This document shows positions 63,495 to 64,000 of a DNA stretch of 64,000 nucleotides, in pieces (within the stretch, counting starts at the first letter, position 1; every line of letters starts with the position of its first letter). The stretch lies in NCBI GenBank assembly GCA_046759985.1, contig JBHIDH010000003.1:2245-66244 (forward strand), read 5' to 3'. The DNA comes from Thermoplasmata archaeon (GTDB lineage: Archaea; Thermoplasmatota; Thermoplasmata; RBG-16-68-12; JAJISG01). The notes below the pieces were generated by a model. It saw nothing but the letters and a program-made list of their open reading frames with translations, had not been told where the DNA came from and ran no database searches. Made by a program: the position numbers and the translations under genes.

Positions 63495-64000
63495 ATGGTC
63501 AGCGAGTACCAGATGAAGACCAAGGTGTGCCTGGTGGGGGAGGCCGCCGTGGGCAAGACGAGCCTGATCCGCCGTTTCGTCCAAGACGCCTTCGACGACG
63601 CCTACGTCACGACCCTCGGGGCGAAGGTCTCCAAGAAGGAGATCCAGGTGGAGGTCCCCGAGAGGGACCTGCTCATCCAGATGGACATGACCATCTGGGA
63701 CATCATGGGGGAGAAGGGCGTCCGTGACCTGCTCCGCGAGGCCTTCTTCAGCGGGGCCAAGGGCATCCTGGCCGTGTGCGACCTCACCCGGTACTCGAGC
63801 CTGAAGGAGCTGGATGACTGGGTCCAGTCCGTCTTCCAAGTGGTGGGAGAGATCGCCGTCGTCTACGCCGTGAACAAGGCGGACCTCCAGGACGAGATCA
63901 TGCTCCTCTACGGGGAGAAGGACATCGAGATGTCCGCCGAGGCCTTCGAGGCCCCCTACTTCTTCACCTCGGCCAAGACGGGGGAGAACGTCCAGATGGT
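63495..64000 (+). CDS. Rab/Ras-like small GTPase (paralog 2; 3' end beyond the window)
   Basis: Absent from the track because there is no stop in the window. Hand translation from ATG 63495 (SD AAGGAGGGG upstream) gives MVSEYQMKTKVCLVGEAAVGKTSLIRRFVQDAFDDAYVTTLGAKVSKKEIQV...MTIWDIMGEKGVRDL...AVNKADL...FFTSAKTGENVQM. Confidence 0.8.
   Translation, partial: MVSEYQMKTKVCLVGEAAVGKTSLIRRFVQDAFDDAYVTTLGAKVSKKEIQVEVPERDLLIQMDMTIWDIMGEKGVRDLLREAFFSGAKGILAVCDLTRYSSLKELDDWVQSVFQVVGEIAVVYAVNKADLQDEIMLLYGEKDIEMSAEAFEAPYFFTSAKTGENVQM

Noticed and set aside
62757-63839. Long versions of the pyrF ORF (360 aa) and the trpB2 ORF (601 aa, to 63234)
   Set aside because: The extensions have no homology and run into or through the neighbouring gene or the divergent GTPase promoter. 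pyrF homology starts at ATG 63407, which has an SD. trpB2 homology starts just after the pyrF stop.

Overview
This is a high-GC archaeal chromosomal segment (roughly two-thirds G+C judged by eye, not computed), densely coding on both strands. Archaeal identity rests on TFB, aIF5B, L7Ae/S28e/L24e, uS2, proteasome beta, aCPSF1/FttA, aTrm56, TiaS, deoxyhypusine synthase and intron-containing tRNAs. A Thermoplasmatota-like uncultured euryarchaeote is plausible, but that is inference only.

I can support about 78 CDS, 3 tRNAs (all interrupted by introns), 2 gene remnants, one in-frame 93-bp tandem duplication, and several TATA-like or terminator-like elements. I found no rRNA, CRISPR array, transposase or integrase.

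Most of the window is housekeeping:
- pyrBI, pyrF and purM
- eno-rps2
- the rpl7ae-rps28e-rpl24e-ndk-infB cluster
- a methylmalonyl-CoA mutase / epimerase / birA / propionyl-CoA carboxylase module

Many long ORFs in the track are antisense artefacts of the high GC content and were rejected.

The most interesting items are:
1. A 764-aa protein (34507-36798) with a Zn-ribbon, WLKG repeats, a ~400-aa coiled coil and a KaiC/RecA-like domain. Its Walker motifs look degenerate, and it has small uncharacterised neighbours.
2. Two Rab/Ras-like small GTPases with an unusual WDIMGxKG switch II. One sits between duplicated double-GNAT genes.
3. At least four conserved genes (eno, ndk, trpB2, a ParB/Srx-like gene) whose conserved N-termini have no in-frame ATG/GTG/TTG. 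This implies ATC/CTG/ATT initiation or assembly errors.
4. A tRNA(CAU) with a 19-nt insertion in the T-loop, followed by a truncated K+ channel pore fragment.
5. An L24e protein fused to a C-terminal (HhH)2 domain.
6. Two lower-GC islands that carry orphan genes.
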